64,000 nt of DNA from the NCBI GenBank assembly GCA_964629685.1, contig CAZVTT010000004.1, positions 76 to 64,075 on the forward strand, given 5' to 3'. The DNA comes from an uncultured Gammaproteobacteria bacterium (lineage in GTDB: Bacteria > Patescibacteriota > Microgenomatia > UBA10105 > UBA927). Positions 20,204 through 30,916 of this stretch are shown piece by piece. A program made the position numbers and the translations under genes. Every line of letters begins with the position of its first letter. The stretch's first letter is position 1. The notes beneath the pieces are model-generated. The model was not told the origin of the DNA. It ran no database searches and was given only the letters and a program-made list of their open reading frames with translations.

Positions 20204-20830
20204 TTATACGGTATAGCGGCGGATTAACCCCACGACCTTACCCTGTATTTTAACGTGAGTAGTAAAAATTGGTGTCATTTGCGCATTTGCCGGCATAAGT
20301 TTAATTCTGTCTTTTTCAAAATATATTCTTTTTAGTGTCGCCAATCCATTCGGCAACAGAGCCACAACAATATCACCGCTTTTCGCATCCTGTTGGTGTT
20401 GCACCACCACAAAATCTCCATCCATAATTCCGTCATCAATCATGGACGTTCCTTTTACCTGAAGAATATATCCCGGCTTGTTGGCGGTTATCATGCCGGG
20501 CGCTACGGACATATAGAAATTCGGATCAGTATACGGTTCTAACGGCGATCCGGCAGCTATATACCCCAAAACCGGCAATTCTACCGACATTTGCGTATCC
20601 GAAGATCTATATGCGTCCTTAATAACTTCTATTCCACGTGCTGTTCCGTCAAGCTTTTTTATAAATCCTTTCAGGCGTAATTTATCTATATGCTCATGAA
20701 CAGTTGCGGGTGAACCCATACCCATTGCCGTTCCGATTTCTTTTAAGGTTGGTGCATATCCGAACCGTTGAATAAATTGCGTGATAAAATCAAGTAACTG
20801 GCGTTCTCTTGGATATAATACTGGTGGCAT
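20204..20830 (-). CDS. lexA: SOS repressor LexA
   Basis: N-terminal wHTH (PTLKEI), Ala-Gly cleavage site IAAG, catalytic Ser (GTSM) and Lys (TLKR); RBS AAGGAGG. Confidence 0.95.
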   Translation of the reverse strand: MPPVLYPRERQLLDFITQFIQRFGYAPTLKEIGTAMGMGSPATVHEHIDKLRLKGFIKKLDGTARGIEVIKDAYRSSDTQMSVELPVLGYIAAGSPLEPYTDPNFYMSVAPGMITANKPGYILQVKGTSMIDDGIMDGDFVVVQHQQDAKSGDIVVALLPNGLATLKRIYFEKDRIKLMPANAQMTPIFTTHVKIQGKVVGLIRRYTV

Positions 20831-20953
20831 AATCCTCCTTATTAACAAATACCGAACATATGATAGACTATATGTGCAGTGTACTAAATTTAACCGAATG
20901 TTCAAGAGATACTAACTGGATCATTGTATCTCTTTTCCATAGTAATCCCGAAC

Positions 20954-22993
20954 ATGAAATTTGAACTTGTATCCAATTACCAACCTTCTGGCGATCAACC
21001 TCAGGCTATTGCGCAACTATTGTCAAACCTGGACCGAAATGTACGCGAACAGGTACTCTTGGGTGTAACGGGAAGCGGCAAAACGTTTACGATGGCTAAT
21101 GTTATCGCCAAACTGCAACGTCCGACCCTCATTATTTCGCACAATAAAACACTGGCGGCTCAACTCTATCAGGAATTCAGGGATTTTTTCCCTAAAAACG
21201 CCGTATCGTATTTTGTTTCCTACTACGACTACTACCAACCGGAGGCATATGTCCCGGCTACTGACACATATATAGAAAAAGAAACCGAAATTAACGAAGA
21301 AATTGATAAACTCAGACTTGCCGCGACCACCAATCTGCTTACGAGACCGGACACCATTGTGGTTGCGTCAGTATCCTGTATATATAACATCGGTTCACCC
21401 AAGGAATACGGTCATTTTGTACTTGAATTAAAACCCGGCATGAAAGTTGCCCGGGAAAGTATTCTGGACAGACTGGTACAGCTGCAGTACGAGCGCAGTG
21501 ATTTTGGTTTTCATCGTGGAACATTTAGAGTGAGAGGCGATGTCGTTGACTTATTTCCCGCCTACGAAGATGTTTCACTGCGCATTAGGCTTTCCGACCA
21601 GGCGGTTATAAGTTTAGAGAAGCTCGATCCTCTCACGGGTAAAAAAATAGAAACATTATCGGGTACGATGATATACCCGGCAAAACACTACATGACTGAT
21701 CCGCGCGGATATAAAGACGTGTTTAAACTCATACGGGACGACCTGGACAAGCAGGTAAATCATTTTAAATCCCAAGGCAAATTGCTGGAGGCAAACAGAA
21801 TATCGCAGCGGGTAAATTTCGATCTGGAAATGATACAGGAAATGGGATTCGTAAACGGCATAGAGAACTACTCCCGCTATTTCGACGGCAGAAACCCGGG
21901 AGACGCACCATACTCTTTGCTCGATTATTTTAAAGAGGCTACCACCGGCGGAAAATCACCGTGGTTACTTATGATCGACGAATCGCACATGACACTGCCG
22001 CAGATACGCGGTATGTATAACGGAGATAAAGCCAGAAAACAAACGCTTATCGATTACGGATTCAGATTGCCTGCTGCTATAGACAACCGGCCGTTGAAAT
22101 TCGAAGAATTTCAACGCCGCATACCACAAACGATATATGTTTCCGCCACACCGAACGATTGGGAAATTTCCCGGGCAAATGAAAGCATTCAAACACAAAA
22201 CGGCAAAACTACCGTACCGATCGTGGAACAATTAACGAGACCTACGGGACTAGTTGATCCGATTATTCATGTGCACCCCAGCGAAAACCAAATAGATGAT
22301 TTAATTGTCCAAATCCGTGAACGCATAGTCCGAAAAGAACGCGTTCTGGTAACAACGCTTACGAAACGTATGGCCGAGGATCTGACAAAATTTCTGGAAA
22401 ATAAAGGGATATTAGTCCAGTATCTTCATTCTGAAGTGCTTACACTTGACCGCTCCGATATTTTAAACGAGCTCAGACAGGGGAAATACGACGTTCTGGT
22501 AGGAATTAACCTATTGCGGGAAGGCTTAGATCTTCCTGAGGTGTCGTTAGTAGCCATACTTGACGCCGATAAAGAAGGATTTTTACGAAGCAGAACCAGT
22601 CTCATTCAAACGATGGGACGGGCAGCGCGACATGTGGGTGGGGAAGTCATCCTCTATGCTGACCGGATAACAGACTCTATGAAGGAGGCTATATCCGAAG
22701 TCGAACGCCGGAGGGCAATACAACTGGCATTTAACGCACAACATGACATAACCCCGGAATCAATTCACAAACCTATCAGAGAGCGATTAGTAGAACGGGA
22801 ATCGGAAGAACAGGTTCACCAACGGAAAGTCCAAGATGCAGACGTTCTGGCACAAAAAGATGTGGTTTCCATGACGCCGGATGAAAAACAACAATTCAAA
22901 AAAAAGTTGGAACGTGCCATGCGTGAAGCAAGTAAAGATTTAAATTTTGAATTGGCTGCAAAGCTACGGGATTTCCTGAGAAGTATAGATTAG
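20954..22993 (+). CDS. uvrB: Excinuclease ABC subunit B
   Basis: GDQPQAI, GVTGSGKT, FVSYYDYYQPEAY, DESH, C-terminal UVR domain. Confidence 0.97.
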   Translation: MKFELVSNYQPSGDQPQAIAQLLSNLDRNVREQVLLGVTGSGKTFTMANVIAKLQRPTLIISHNKTLAAQLYQEFRDFFPKNAVSYFVSYYDYYQPEAYVPATDTYIEKETEINEEIDKLRLAATTNLLTRPDTIVVASVSCIYNIGSPKEYGHFVLELKPGMKVARESILDRLVQLQYERSDFGFHRGTFRVRGDVVDLFPAYEDVSLRIRLSDQAVISLEKLDPLTGKKIETLSGTMIYPAKHYMTDPRGYKDVFKLIRDDLDKQVNHFKSQGKLLEANRISQRVNFDLEMIQEMGFVNGIENYSRYFDGRNPGDAPYSLLDYFKEATTGGKSPWLLMIDESHMTLPQIRGMYNGDKARKQTLIDYGFRLPAAIDNRPLKFEEFQRRIPQTIYVSATPNDWEISRANESIQTQNGKTTVPIVEQLTRPTGLVDPIIHVHPSENQIDDLIVQIRERIVRKERVLVTTLTKRMAEDLTKFLENKGILVQYLHSEVLTLDRSDILNELRQGKYDVLVGINLLREGLDLPEVSLVAILDADKEGFLRSRTSLIQTMGRAARHVGGEVILYADRITDSMKEAISEVERRRAIQLAFNAQHDITPESIHKPIRERLVERESEEQVHQRKVQDADVLAQKDVVSMTPDEKQQFKKKLERAMREASKDLNFELAAKLRDFLRSID

Positions 22994-23048
22994 CATGATA
23001 TAATACTTATCCCCCCGGAATTCCGAGGGAATTTTCGTGGAGAAGCAT

Positions 23049-26000
23049 ATGGATCAGGTTATAAAAATTAAAGGCGCCAGACAACATAACCTTAAAAATA
23101 TAAATCTTGAATTACCCAAAAATAAGCTCGTAGTTTTTACGGGTTTGTCGGGTTCCGGCAAATCATCGTTAGCCTTTGACACTATATATGCTGAAGGACA
23201 GCGAAGGTACGTGGAATCATTATCCTCCTACGCGCGTCAGTTCTTAGGAGTTATGGATAAACCGGACGTAGACAGTATAGAAGGTTTATCTCCGGCTATT
23301 TCTATTGACCAAAAATCCACGTCACACAATCCGCGGTCCACGGTGGGTACCGTTACGGAAATTTATGACTATCTGCGTTTATTGTATGCGAGGGTTGGGC
23401 ATCCGCATTGTCCCAATTGCGGCCGTGAGATCAGCAAGCAGTCACCGCAGCAAATCGTAAACCAAATTTTTCAGTTATCCGCTGATCAACTGTCACAAAA
23501 AGGGGTAAAATTTTACCGTTTTTTTATAGTAGCGCCGGTTATCCGTGACCGTAAAGGAGAATTCAGCGGGTTACTTGATAATCTCCGCGCAAAAGGTTAC
23601 AGCTGGGTAAGAATTGACGGACAAATTTTTAGCCTTGAAGAGGATATTTACCTCATTAAAACGAACAAACATACAATAGAGGTAGTTATAGACAGATTAA
23701 ACTTCGATTCGCAGGTGCTTAAACTCATTAAACGGGAACACATGAAAAAGAATCCCGGTACGCAGGATACGGATGATACGGTAGCGTTTTCCAGCCTGCG
23801 GTCCCGTATATCCGATGCAGTAGAGCAGGCCTTAAAGCTATCCGAAGGGCTCGTGATCCTGTCTCAGGTAACCGATAGCAGCTTTACGCTGCCGGATAAA
23901 CCCAAAAACATGCATGATCATATATTTTCCGAAAAATTTTCCTGCCCTGTTTGCAATATTTCATTACCCGAAATAGAGCCGCGCTCATTTTCGTTTAACT
24001 CACCTCACGGTGCCTGTCCGACATGCAGCGGAATAGGTAATATTCTGACAGTTGATCCGGATTTGGTATTGGCACCGGATTTGTCTATAACGGAAGGCGG
24101 CATAATTCCGTTCGCTAAAATGTTTTTTCATGATACCTGGTTTTCCCGCGTCATTACGACCGTAGCAGAAAAATCCGGCATAGATTTACGGAAACCATTA
24201 AAATATTTGACCCTTGAACAAAGGAACATATTACTGAACGGTACCGGAGACACTCAGCATTTAGTAGAAGGAAATAACAGGTTTGGCGACCGAACCCGCA
24301 TTCAGGAAATGTTTACCGGAATTGTTCCGGAGTTAAAAAGACGGTATTTACAATCAGACTCTGACTTTGTCCGCTCGGAAATCGAAAAATATATGCGGCA
24401 GGAAATTTGCCCTGACTGTAACGGAAAACGGTTAAAAAAAGAAAGCCTGACTATCACGATAGATAAGTTTTCCATCGCAGACGTCACGTCTTTATCCATA
24501 AAGGATTCGCTTCAATGGATAGAACATCTGAAAAACGACAACGGCGATTTATTGAGTTCATCCGAAGCTACAATCTCCACTCCAATATTTAAAGAAATTC
24601 ATGCCCGTTTAAACTTTCTGGTAGAAGTCGGATTGGATTACCTTACGTTGGGCCGCGGAGCCACTACCTTAGCAGGCGGAGAGGCACAACGCATCAGACT
24701 GGCTTCTCAAATTGGCTCAGGCTTATCGGGTGTTTTATACGTGTTGGACGAACCTTCCATCGGTCTACACCAGCGTGACAACCGCAAGCTTATTAGTACC
24801 CTAATGACGTTACGGGATTTAGGAAACACGGTAATCGTGGTAGAACATGACCGTGAAATGATGGAGGAAGCTGACTATCTGTTAGATATCGGTCCCGGTG
24901 CCGGGGAGCATGGCGGAAGAATAATTGCTGCAGGAACTGTGGAAGAGGTAAAGCGAAACGAAAAATCCATCACAGCACAATTTCTTACGGGTAAACGCAC
25001 CATTAGCCGACCACATATCCAAACCAAATTACCGACAGATATTCCCCAAGAGCCTAAGCCGGACAAACTTATACTGGTAAATGCTTCAGAGAATAATCTA
25101 AAAGACATAACCGTTTCTTTCCCTTTAGAAAAACTGGTATGCGTTACCGGACTTTCCGGTAGCGGCAAATCTACGCTGGTTGTGGAAACGTTTTACCGGG
25201 CGCTGTACCGGCATTTTAATCCCATGACAAAAGAACGGCCGGGGAAGTACGAACGCATAGACGGTTTGGGAGCTATAGACAAAGTAATTCTTATTGATCA
25301 ATCGCCTATAGGCAGAACGCCGCGGAGTAACCCAGCCACATACACCGGCATATTCGGTATTATCCGTGATATTTTCGCACAACTTCCGGAAGCCAGAGTC
25401 CGCGGGTATAAACCCGGTCGCTTTTCTTTTAATGTTAAGGGTGGACGGTGTGAAGCCTGTGAAGGTGAGGGTCAGAAAAAAATTGAAATGCAGTTCCTTT
25501 CCGATATTTACGTCACCTGTGAGGTTTGTCATGGTACCCGGTTTAATCAGGAAACATTAGAGGTTCATTATCACGGCAAATCCATCGCCAATGTGCTGGA
25601 TATGACAGTAGAAGAAGCCAGTCAATTTTTTTCCAGCCATCCGCTGCTTGCGGAAAAGCTACAAACAATCCGTGATGTTGGTCTCGACTATATTCATCTG
25701 GGTCAACCGGCACCACATTTATCAGGAGGGGAAGCCCAACGGATAAAACTTGCCACGGAACTAGCCAGAAGATCTACCGGAAAAACCGTCTACATACTGG
25801 ACGAACCGACAACCGGACTGCATTTTGCCGATTTAGAAAAATTACTGGGAGTATTGCACCGGCTTACCGCCAAAGGAAACACTGTTATTGTTATAGAACA
25901 CAACTTGGATATAATCAAAAATGCCGACTGGATTATTGACTTAGGTCCTGAAGGAGGGGATGGAGGCGGTAGGATAATCGCCGAGGGTACACCAAAACAG

Positions 26001-26057
26001 ATTGCAAACGCCAAACACTCGTACACCGGGCAATTTCTCCGGGAACTTCTCGATTAA
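23049..26057 (+). CDS. uvrA: Excinuclease ABC subunit A
   Basis: Two GLSGSGKS Walker A motifs, zinc fingers, GGEAQR signatures. Confidence 0.97.
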   Translation: MDQVIKIKGARQHNLKNINLELPKNKLVVFTGLSGSGKSSLAFDTIYAEGQRRYVESLSSYARQFLGVMDKPDVDSIEGLSPAISIDQKSTSHNPRSTVGTVTEIYDYLRLLYARVGHPHCPNCGREISKQSPQQIVNQIFQLSADQLSQKGVKFYRFFIVAPVIRDRKGEFSGLLDNLRAKGYSWVRIDGQIFSLEEDIYLIKTNKHTIEVVIDRLNFDSQVLKLIKREHMKKNPGTQDTDDTVAFSSLRSRISDAVEQALKLSEGLVILSQVTDSSFTLPDKPKNMHDHIFSEKFSCPVCNISLPEIEPRSFSFNSPHGACPTCSGIGNILTVDPDLVLAPDLSITEGGIIPFAKMFFHDTWFSRVITTVAEKSGIDLRKPLKYLTLEQRNILLNGTGDTQHLVEGNNRFGDRTRIQEMFTGIVPELKRRYLQSDSDFVRSEIEKYMRQEICPDCNGKRLKKESLTITIDKFSIADVTSLSIKDSLQWIEHLKNDNGDLLSSSEATISTPIFKEIHARLNFLVEVGLDYLTLGRGATTLAGGEAQRIRLASQIGSGLSGVLYVLDEPSIGLHQRDNRKLISTLMTLRDLGNTVIVVEHDREMMEEADYLLDIGPGAGEHGGRIIAAGTVEEVKRNEKSITAQFLTGKRTISRPHIQTKLPTDIPQEPKPDKLILVNASENNLKDITVSFPLEKLVCVTGLSGSGKSTLVVETFYRALYRHFNPMTKERPGKYERIDGLGAIDKVILIDQSPIGRTPRSNPATYTGIFGIIRDIFAQLPEARVRGYKPGRFSFNVKGGRCEACEGEGQKKIEMQFLSDIYVTCEVCHGTRFNQETLEVHYHGKSIANVLDMTVEEASQFFSSHPLLAEKLQTIRDVGLDYIHLGQPAPHLSGGEAQRIKLATELARRSTGKTVYILDEPTTGLHFADLEKLLGVLHRLTAKGNTVIVIEHNLDIIKNADWIIDLGPEGGDGGGRIIAEGTPKQIANAKHSYTGQFLRELLD

Positions 26058-26093
26058 CTCCTAAGCCTGCTAGAATAGCACTACAGGCACAAC

Positions 26094-27920
26094 ATGAAAT
26101 ATATCTTCACATGGTTATTTAGTTTTTTCGCTGTTCTCCTTATTTTGCCCGTCGGGAATGTTTATGCCGTGGGTGAATTTACCGCTGATTATGATGTGGA
26201 ATATACCGTATCGCCGGCAGGTAAAACTATTGTAACGCAGCATGTTACCCTTACTAACCTGCTCACAAATCTTTACGCCAAACAGTATTCGATTGTTATC
26301 GATAGTCAGAAAATTAAAAACGTTATAGCTTCTGATATTACCGGTGTAATCGAACCGAAAGTCACAGTTAAGGACGGTAAAACGGAAATACTACTTACGT
26401 TTAATCAGCAGGTAGTTGGCATTGGGAAAAAACTGGAATTTACTTTACGTTTTGATCACGATGATGTGGCGCAGAAGAACGGAAATATTTGGGAAATAAA
26501 CATACCGGGCGTATCTCCCGATCCTGACTTGGGTACATATAGACTTAGCTTGCAGGTTCCATCAAGCTTTGGGCCGCTGGCATACCTCACACCGCTTCCG
26601 GCTGACGGCGGTAAATATTGGACTAAGGATCAATTAACATCGGGCGGAATCAGCGCGGCGTACGGAAGCAAGCAAATTTTTGACGTTAAACTTGAATATC
26701 ACATCGAAAATACTAAAGTAACGCCAATAACGACGGAGATTGCACTTCCACCGGATACTCCCTATCAGAAAGTAAATATTCGTACGCTGGATCCCAAACC
26801 GCTTGAAGTAAAACAGGATGCTGACGGCAACTGGCTGGCACGGTATGCGCTTTCGGCCAATCAAAAGCTAGACATAGCAGCTAACCTGGCCATAGGCGTC
26901 TGGTTAAAACCAAGGACAGATTTTGTAACGGAACCCATCACCGAAACTGACTATTTAAAAGGTACGAAATATTGGGATGTGAAACATGAAAAAATTCAGC
27001 AATTCGCAAAACAAATAAGTACTCCCCGTGATGCATATGATTACGTTGTGAAAACACTGGAATACGACTACAGTCGAATAAATAAAGATCCTGTCAGGCA
27101 AGGCTCACTGCTAGCGCTTACACAACCGAAAACCGCAATCTGCATGGAATTTACCGACACGTTTATTGCATTAGCCCGGGCAGCAGGTATTCCGGCTAGG
27201 GAAGTAGTCGGGTACGCGTATACTACAAATTCCAGATTGCGCCCGCTTTCTTTAGTTGCAGACGTACTTCATGCCTGGCCGGAATATTATGACCAGGAAA
27301 CTGAACAATGGATTCCCATAGATCCGACCTGGGCGGATACCACGGGCGGAGTAAATTATTTCGATAAACTGGATTTCAACCACATAGTCTTTGCCATTCA
27401 TGGATTGCATGATGACTATCCGTATCCAGCTGGTTCATATAGGAAAGTAAACCAGACAACTAAAGACATAGATATCCAGTTCGGATCAGAACAACTATTG
27501 GTGGAACGAACAGGCGGCGAAGGCATCAAAATTGATTTCGATATTGCAAAAACCATTCCTGCCGGAATTCCTACCCGCGGTTCGGTAAACATTACCAACA
27601 CTCAGGGTGTAAGTTTAGAAAACAGCTCGGTTCAAATTCAGGGAACTCCATTTTCACTCTATGTCACCAAAGACGTTAAACATATTCCGCCGTTCGGTAA
27701 AGTATCGGTTCCCATTACGCTGGAAGTTAATAATTATTTCACGACCGGGCAAGGGAAAATAACTGCAACAGTTAACGATACTGTGGCACAGTATTATATT
27801 GATATCCGTTCCATACTGTATATAGCTGCCCCATTTGCCGGTGGTGCCGCTTTGCTGCTTTTTGGCTTGGGAGCTATTATTTTTCGAATCTACATATGGA
27901 AACCCTCAAAACCACAATAA
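26094..27920 (+). CDS. Secreted/anchored transglutaminase-like protein
   Basis: Signal peptide; Cys-His-Asp triad (CMEF, HAWPE, DPTW); C-terminal TM. Confidence 0.85.
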   Translation: MKYIFTWLFSFFAVLLILPVGNVYAVGEFTADYDVEYTVSPAGKTIVTQHVTLTNLLTNLYAKQYSIVIDSQKIKNVIASDITGVIEPKVTVKDGKTEILLTFNQQVVGIGKKLEFTLRFDHDDVAQKNGNIWEINIPGVSPDPDLGTYRLSLQVPSSFGPLAYLTPLPADGGKYWTKDQLTSGGISAAYGSKQIFDVKLEYHIENTKVTPITTEIALPPDTPYQKVNIRTLDPKPLEVKQDADGNWLARYALSANQKLDIAANLAIGVWLKPRTDFVTEPITETDYLKGTKYWDVKHEKIQQFAKQISTPRDAYDYVVKTLEYDYSRINKDPVRQGSLLALTQPKTAICMEFTDTFIALARAAGIPAREVVGYAYTTNSRLRPLSLVADVLHAWPEYYDQETEQWIPIDPTWADTTGGVNYFDKLDFNHIVFAIHGLHDDYPYPAGSYRKVNQTTKDIDIQFGSEQLLVERTGGEGIKIDFDIAKTIPAGIPTRGSVNITNTQGVSLENSSVQIQGTPFSLYVTKDVKHIPPFGKVSVPITLEVNNYFTTGQGKITATVNDTVAQYYIDIRSILYIAAPFAGGAALLLFGLGAIIFRIYIWKPSKPQ

Positions 27921-29227
27921 AAAAATTGCCGCATACCCCCGGCGTATATATTTACCGCAACATGCAGGGTGAAGTAATTTACGTCGGTAAAGCCGTGGAC
28001 TTATCTAAGCGGGTAAAGCAGTATTTTATGCGCGACGATGCGGTTGGTGCAAAAACACCAATTCTGGTATCACAAATAGCTGCTCTGGAAACAATTCAGA
28101 CGGCAACGGAATTTGATGCTATCCTGCTCGAAGCGCAGTTAATCAGGAAATATTTTCCTAAATATAACGTCGTAGCAAAAGACGACAAAAGTCCTCTATA
28201 TGTACTTATCTCCTTTGAAGAAGAATTACCCAGGGTGCAGTTCGTACGCCGCCCAAGGGGTATTAATGGGGAGAAGGGTAGCTTCTTCGGACCGTTTCAA
28301 TCAGCCAAAATGGCCAGATCACTCTTACGGTCTTTGCGCTATAGCATTCCATATTGCACACAGAAAATAAGAAACGGAAAACCGTGTTTTTATACGCATA
28401 TCGGTTTATGCAACCCCTGTGCATCGGTACTCACAAAAATGGCAGCGGGACCGGAACGGAGCCAGTTGGTAAAATTGTACAGGACACAAATGTTCAGGCT
28501 GCGTGATATTCTCTCCGGTAAATCCACGAACGTACTGAACGAACTGGAAAGCGAAATGAAAATACTAGCGCAGCAGGATTTTTTTGAAGCTGCAGCACAA
28601 ATCAGAAATCAGATTCAGGCTTTACATACTGTTTTAGCAAGGAAATACGATCCGAATATCTATATTCAGGGAGACCAGGGGATAACCCACGTATTTGAAG
28701 CACAATTGCAATCATTACAAAAAAGCTTATTACCATATTATCCTGCCTTACCATTGCCGACACGAATTGAATGCTACGACATTTCCAATACCATGGGAAA
28801 GCAGGCGACCGGCTCCATGGTTGTACTCAACCATGGACGACCGGACACAAATGAATACAGACGATTCCGCATTCGCACACTATCTACTCCCAACGATTTC
28901 GCCATGATGAGTGAAATTTTAACCAGAAGATTTTCTCATACGGAATGGATAAATCCCCAGCTGATCGTTATTGACGGCGGCAAAGGACAGGTGCACGCGG
29001 CTATGACCGTTCTGACAGGATTAAAGCGAAATATACCGGTAATCGGACTGGCTAAGCGGGAAGAAGAAATCGTTATACCTCAGGGGGATACCTTTAAAAT
29101 ACTGCGTTTATCTTTTACCGATGAAGGTCTTCACGCGCTACAACGCATCCGGGATGAAGCACACCGGTTTGCTATCACATATCATAGACTGCTGAGAAAA
29201 AAAGCATTCTTACCGGATAAACGGTAA
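27896..29227 (+). CDS. uvrC: Excinuclease ABC subunit C (no C-terminal HhH domain)
   Basis: GIY-YIG (PGVY..YVGKA), UVR domain, RIECYDISN, IDGGKGQ, RDEAHRFA. Confidence 0.93.
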   Translation: METLKTTIKKLPHTPGVYIYRNMQGEVIYVGKAVDLSKRVKQYFMRDDAVGAKTPILVSQIAALETIQTATEFDAILLEAQLIRKYFPKYNVVAKDDKSPLYVLISFEEELPRVQFVRRPRGINGEKGSFFGPFQSAKMARSLLRSLRYSIPYCTQKIRNGKPCFYTHIGLCNPCASVLTKMAAGPERSQLVKLYRTQMFRLRDILSGKSTNVLNELESEMKILAQQDFFEAAAQIRNQIQALHTVLARKYDPNIYIQGDQGITHVFEAQLQSLQKSLLPYYPALPLPTRIECYDISNTMGKQATGSMVVLNHGRPDTNEYRRFRIRTLSTPNDFAMMSEILTRRFSHTEWINPQLIVIDGGKGQVHAAMTVLTGLKRNIPVIGLAKREEEIVIPQGDTFKILRLSFTDEGLHALQRIRDEAHRFAITYHRLLRKKAFLPDKR

Positions 29228-29265
29228 TTTGATCACGCGTATCGGATTTGTTACCATTGACCAGC

Positions 29266-29670
29266 ATGAAGTATTTGCTCCGGCTTTTCCTATTTAACGT
29301 ATTTGCGCTGTGGATTACGAGTGAGCTTATCCCGGCCGTAGTTATACATGGGGAATGGTACCTAATTCTTCTGGGCGGATTTGTACTGAGTCTGCTGATG
29401 CTTATCGTCAAACCGATTCTTAAAATATTATTTATTCCCATTAATCTGATTACGTTTGGGTTGATTTCCTGGATGATCAATGTTATCGTTATGTATCTTT
29501 TAACGTTCCTACTGCCCGAAATAGAGATACAACAGTGGACATTTCCGGGAATTACCTGGTCAGGATTTGTAGTTCCGGCAGTTCATTTCAGCTACATCAT
29601 GACGCTGATTATTGTATCGGTAACAGTAACCGTATTCACCAACTTATTGCATAATCTAAGTGAAGAATAA
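29266..29670 (+). CDS. YvlD/DUF360 (phage holin-like) membrane protein
   Basis: VKPILKILFIPINLITFGL motif, 4 TM. Confidence 0.8.
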   Translation: MKYLLRLFLFNVFALWITSELIPAVVIHGEWYLILLGGFVLSLLMLIVKPILKILFIPINLITFGLISWMINVIVMYLLTFLLPEIEIQQWTFPGITWSGFVVPAVHFSYIMTLIIVSVTVTVFTNLLHNLSEE

Positions 29671-30691
29671 CACCAAAGAAAATTCGTCCAGAAAATCGAA
29701 GCTCCCCAAAGTAGTTTGTATCGGGGGCGGAACAGGCACGTTTGTGAGCTTAAAAGGGCTCAAACTCCACCAGGTTACACTTTCAGCCATTGTGGCGATG
29801 AGTGATAGCGGCGGCAGCAACAAACGCATCCGGGATGAATTCGGCTTGCTCCCCACGTCAGATATCCGTCAATGCCTGGTCGCTTTATCCGAAGAAAACG
29901 GCGGGGTGGGTTTACTGCGTCAACTGTTCATGTATCGTTTTGAAAAAGGCCAGGGAATTACCGGCATGACGTTCGGCAATTTATTTATGGCCGCGTTAAC
30001 GGATATATTAGGCTCACAAAAAGAAGCCATTAAACAAACGGGCAGAGTGCTTAAAATCCGTGGGGAAGTAATTCCGGTATCGTATACGGATACCAACCTT
30101 ATGGCAGAATACGAAGACGGAACCGTCCTCACCGAAGAACATTTTATCGACGAACCTCCACACGACGGCCGAATGCAAATCAAACGGATTTGGCTGGATC
30201 CGCAGGCAAAAGGTAATCCCGATGCCGTAAAAGCAATAGAAGAAGCTGACTTGATCGTTGTGGGGCCGGGAGATTTATATACCAGTGTCCTACCTAACTT
30301 TTTGGTCGAAGGAATTGCCGAGGCTTTCGCTAAATCCAAAGGGAAGAAAGCATACGTTATGAATTTAATGACCAAGTGGGGTCAAACATTCGGGTATAAA
30401 GCCTCAGACCATATAAAGGTTCTGGAACAGGCTACACATACAACATTTTCGCACATACTTATTAACCAAACAGAATTTTCTGCCAGGGAATTAAAGGCAT
30501 ATGCGGAAAACCAGGAGTTTCCCGTAGAAGACGATTTGCCAAAATCGTCCGGCTATACGATAATACGGAAGGACATGATGAGCTCTCAGGTATTTAATAA
30601 ATCATCCAGCGACTCGTTAGTCCGTAGTTTGATTCGTCACGACAGCGAAAAACTAGCTGCCGAACTCATTAAACTGGTAAATCAACCATGA
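29660..30691 (+). CDS. yvcK: YvcK/GlmR family protein (UDP-GlcNAc-binding gluconeogenesis factor)
   Basis: IGGGTG, DSGGS, DIRQCLVAL, GPGDLYTS, RHD. Confidence 0.9.
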   Translation: MKNNTKENSSRKSKLPKVVCIGGGTGTFVSLKGLKLHQVTLSAIVAMSDSGGSNKRIRDEFGLLPTSDIRQCLVALSEENGGVGLLRQLFMYRFEKGQGITGMTFGNLFMAALTDILGSQKEAIKQTGRVLKIRGEVIPVSYTDTNLMAEYEDGTVLTEEHFIDEPPHDGRMQIKRIWLDPQAKGNPDAVKAIEEADLIVVGPGDLYTSVLPNFLVEGIAEAFAKSKGKKAYVMNLMTKWGQTFGYKASDHIKVLEQATHTTFSHILINQTEFSARELKAYAENQEFPVEDDLPKSSGYTIIRKDMMSSQVFNKSSSDSLVRSLIRHDSEKLAAELIKLVNQP

Positions 30692-30903
30692 AGATTTTTT
30701 TACTCGTTAGCCATATAGTGTTCGCAGTCTCGTTAATCGGACTTATTCTTCTCCAAACAAGTAAAGGTGGATTAGGAAAGTCTTTTGGCGGTGGCGAGTT
30801 TTACCGAAGCAAGCGGGGTGCAGAACGCATTGTATTTATTGGCACGTTCGTTTTTGCGCTGCTGTTTCTTCTTACCTCCGTCGCTAATTTAATCGTGCAA
30901 TAA
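30688..30903 (+). CDS. secG: Preprotein translocase subunit SecG
   Basis: ILLQ..KGGLG..FGG, RGAER, two TM. Confidence 0.88.
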   Translation: MKIFLLVSHIVFAVSLIGLILLQTSKGGLGKSFGGGEFYRSKRGAERIVFIGTFVFALLFLLTSVANLIVQ

Positions 30904-30916
30904 TCACGATACTCAT

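Noticed and set aside
29266-29670. 'Phage holin' as evidence of a prophage
   Set aside because: It is a YvlD/DUF360-type housekeeping membrane protein in a uvrC-yvcK-secG context, with no phage genes nearby.
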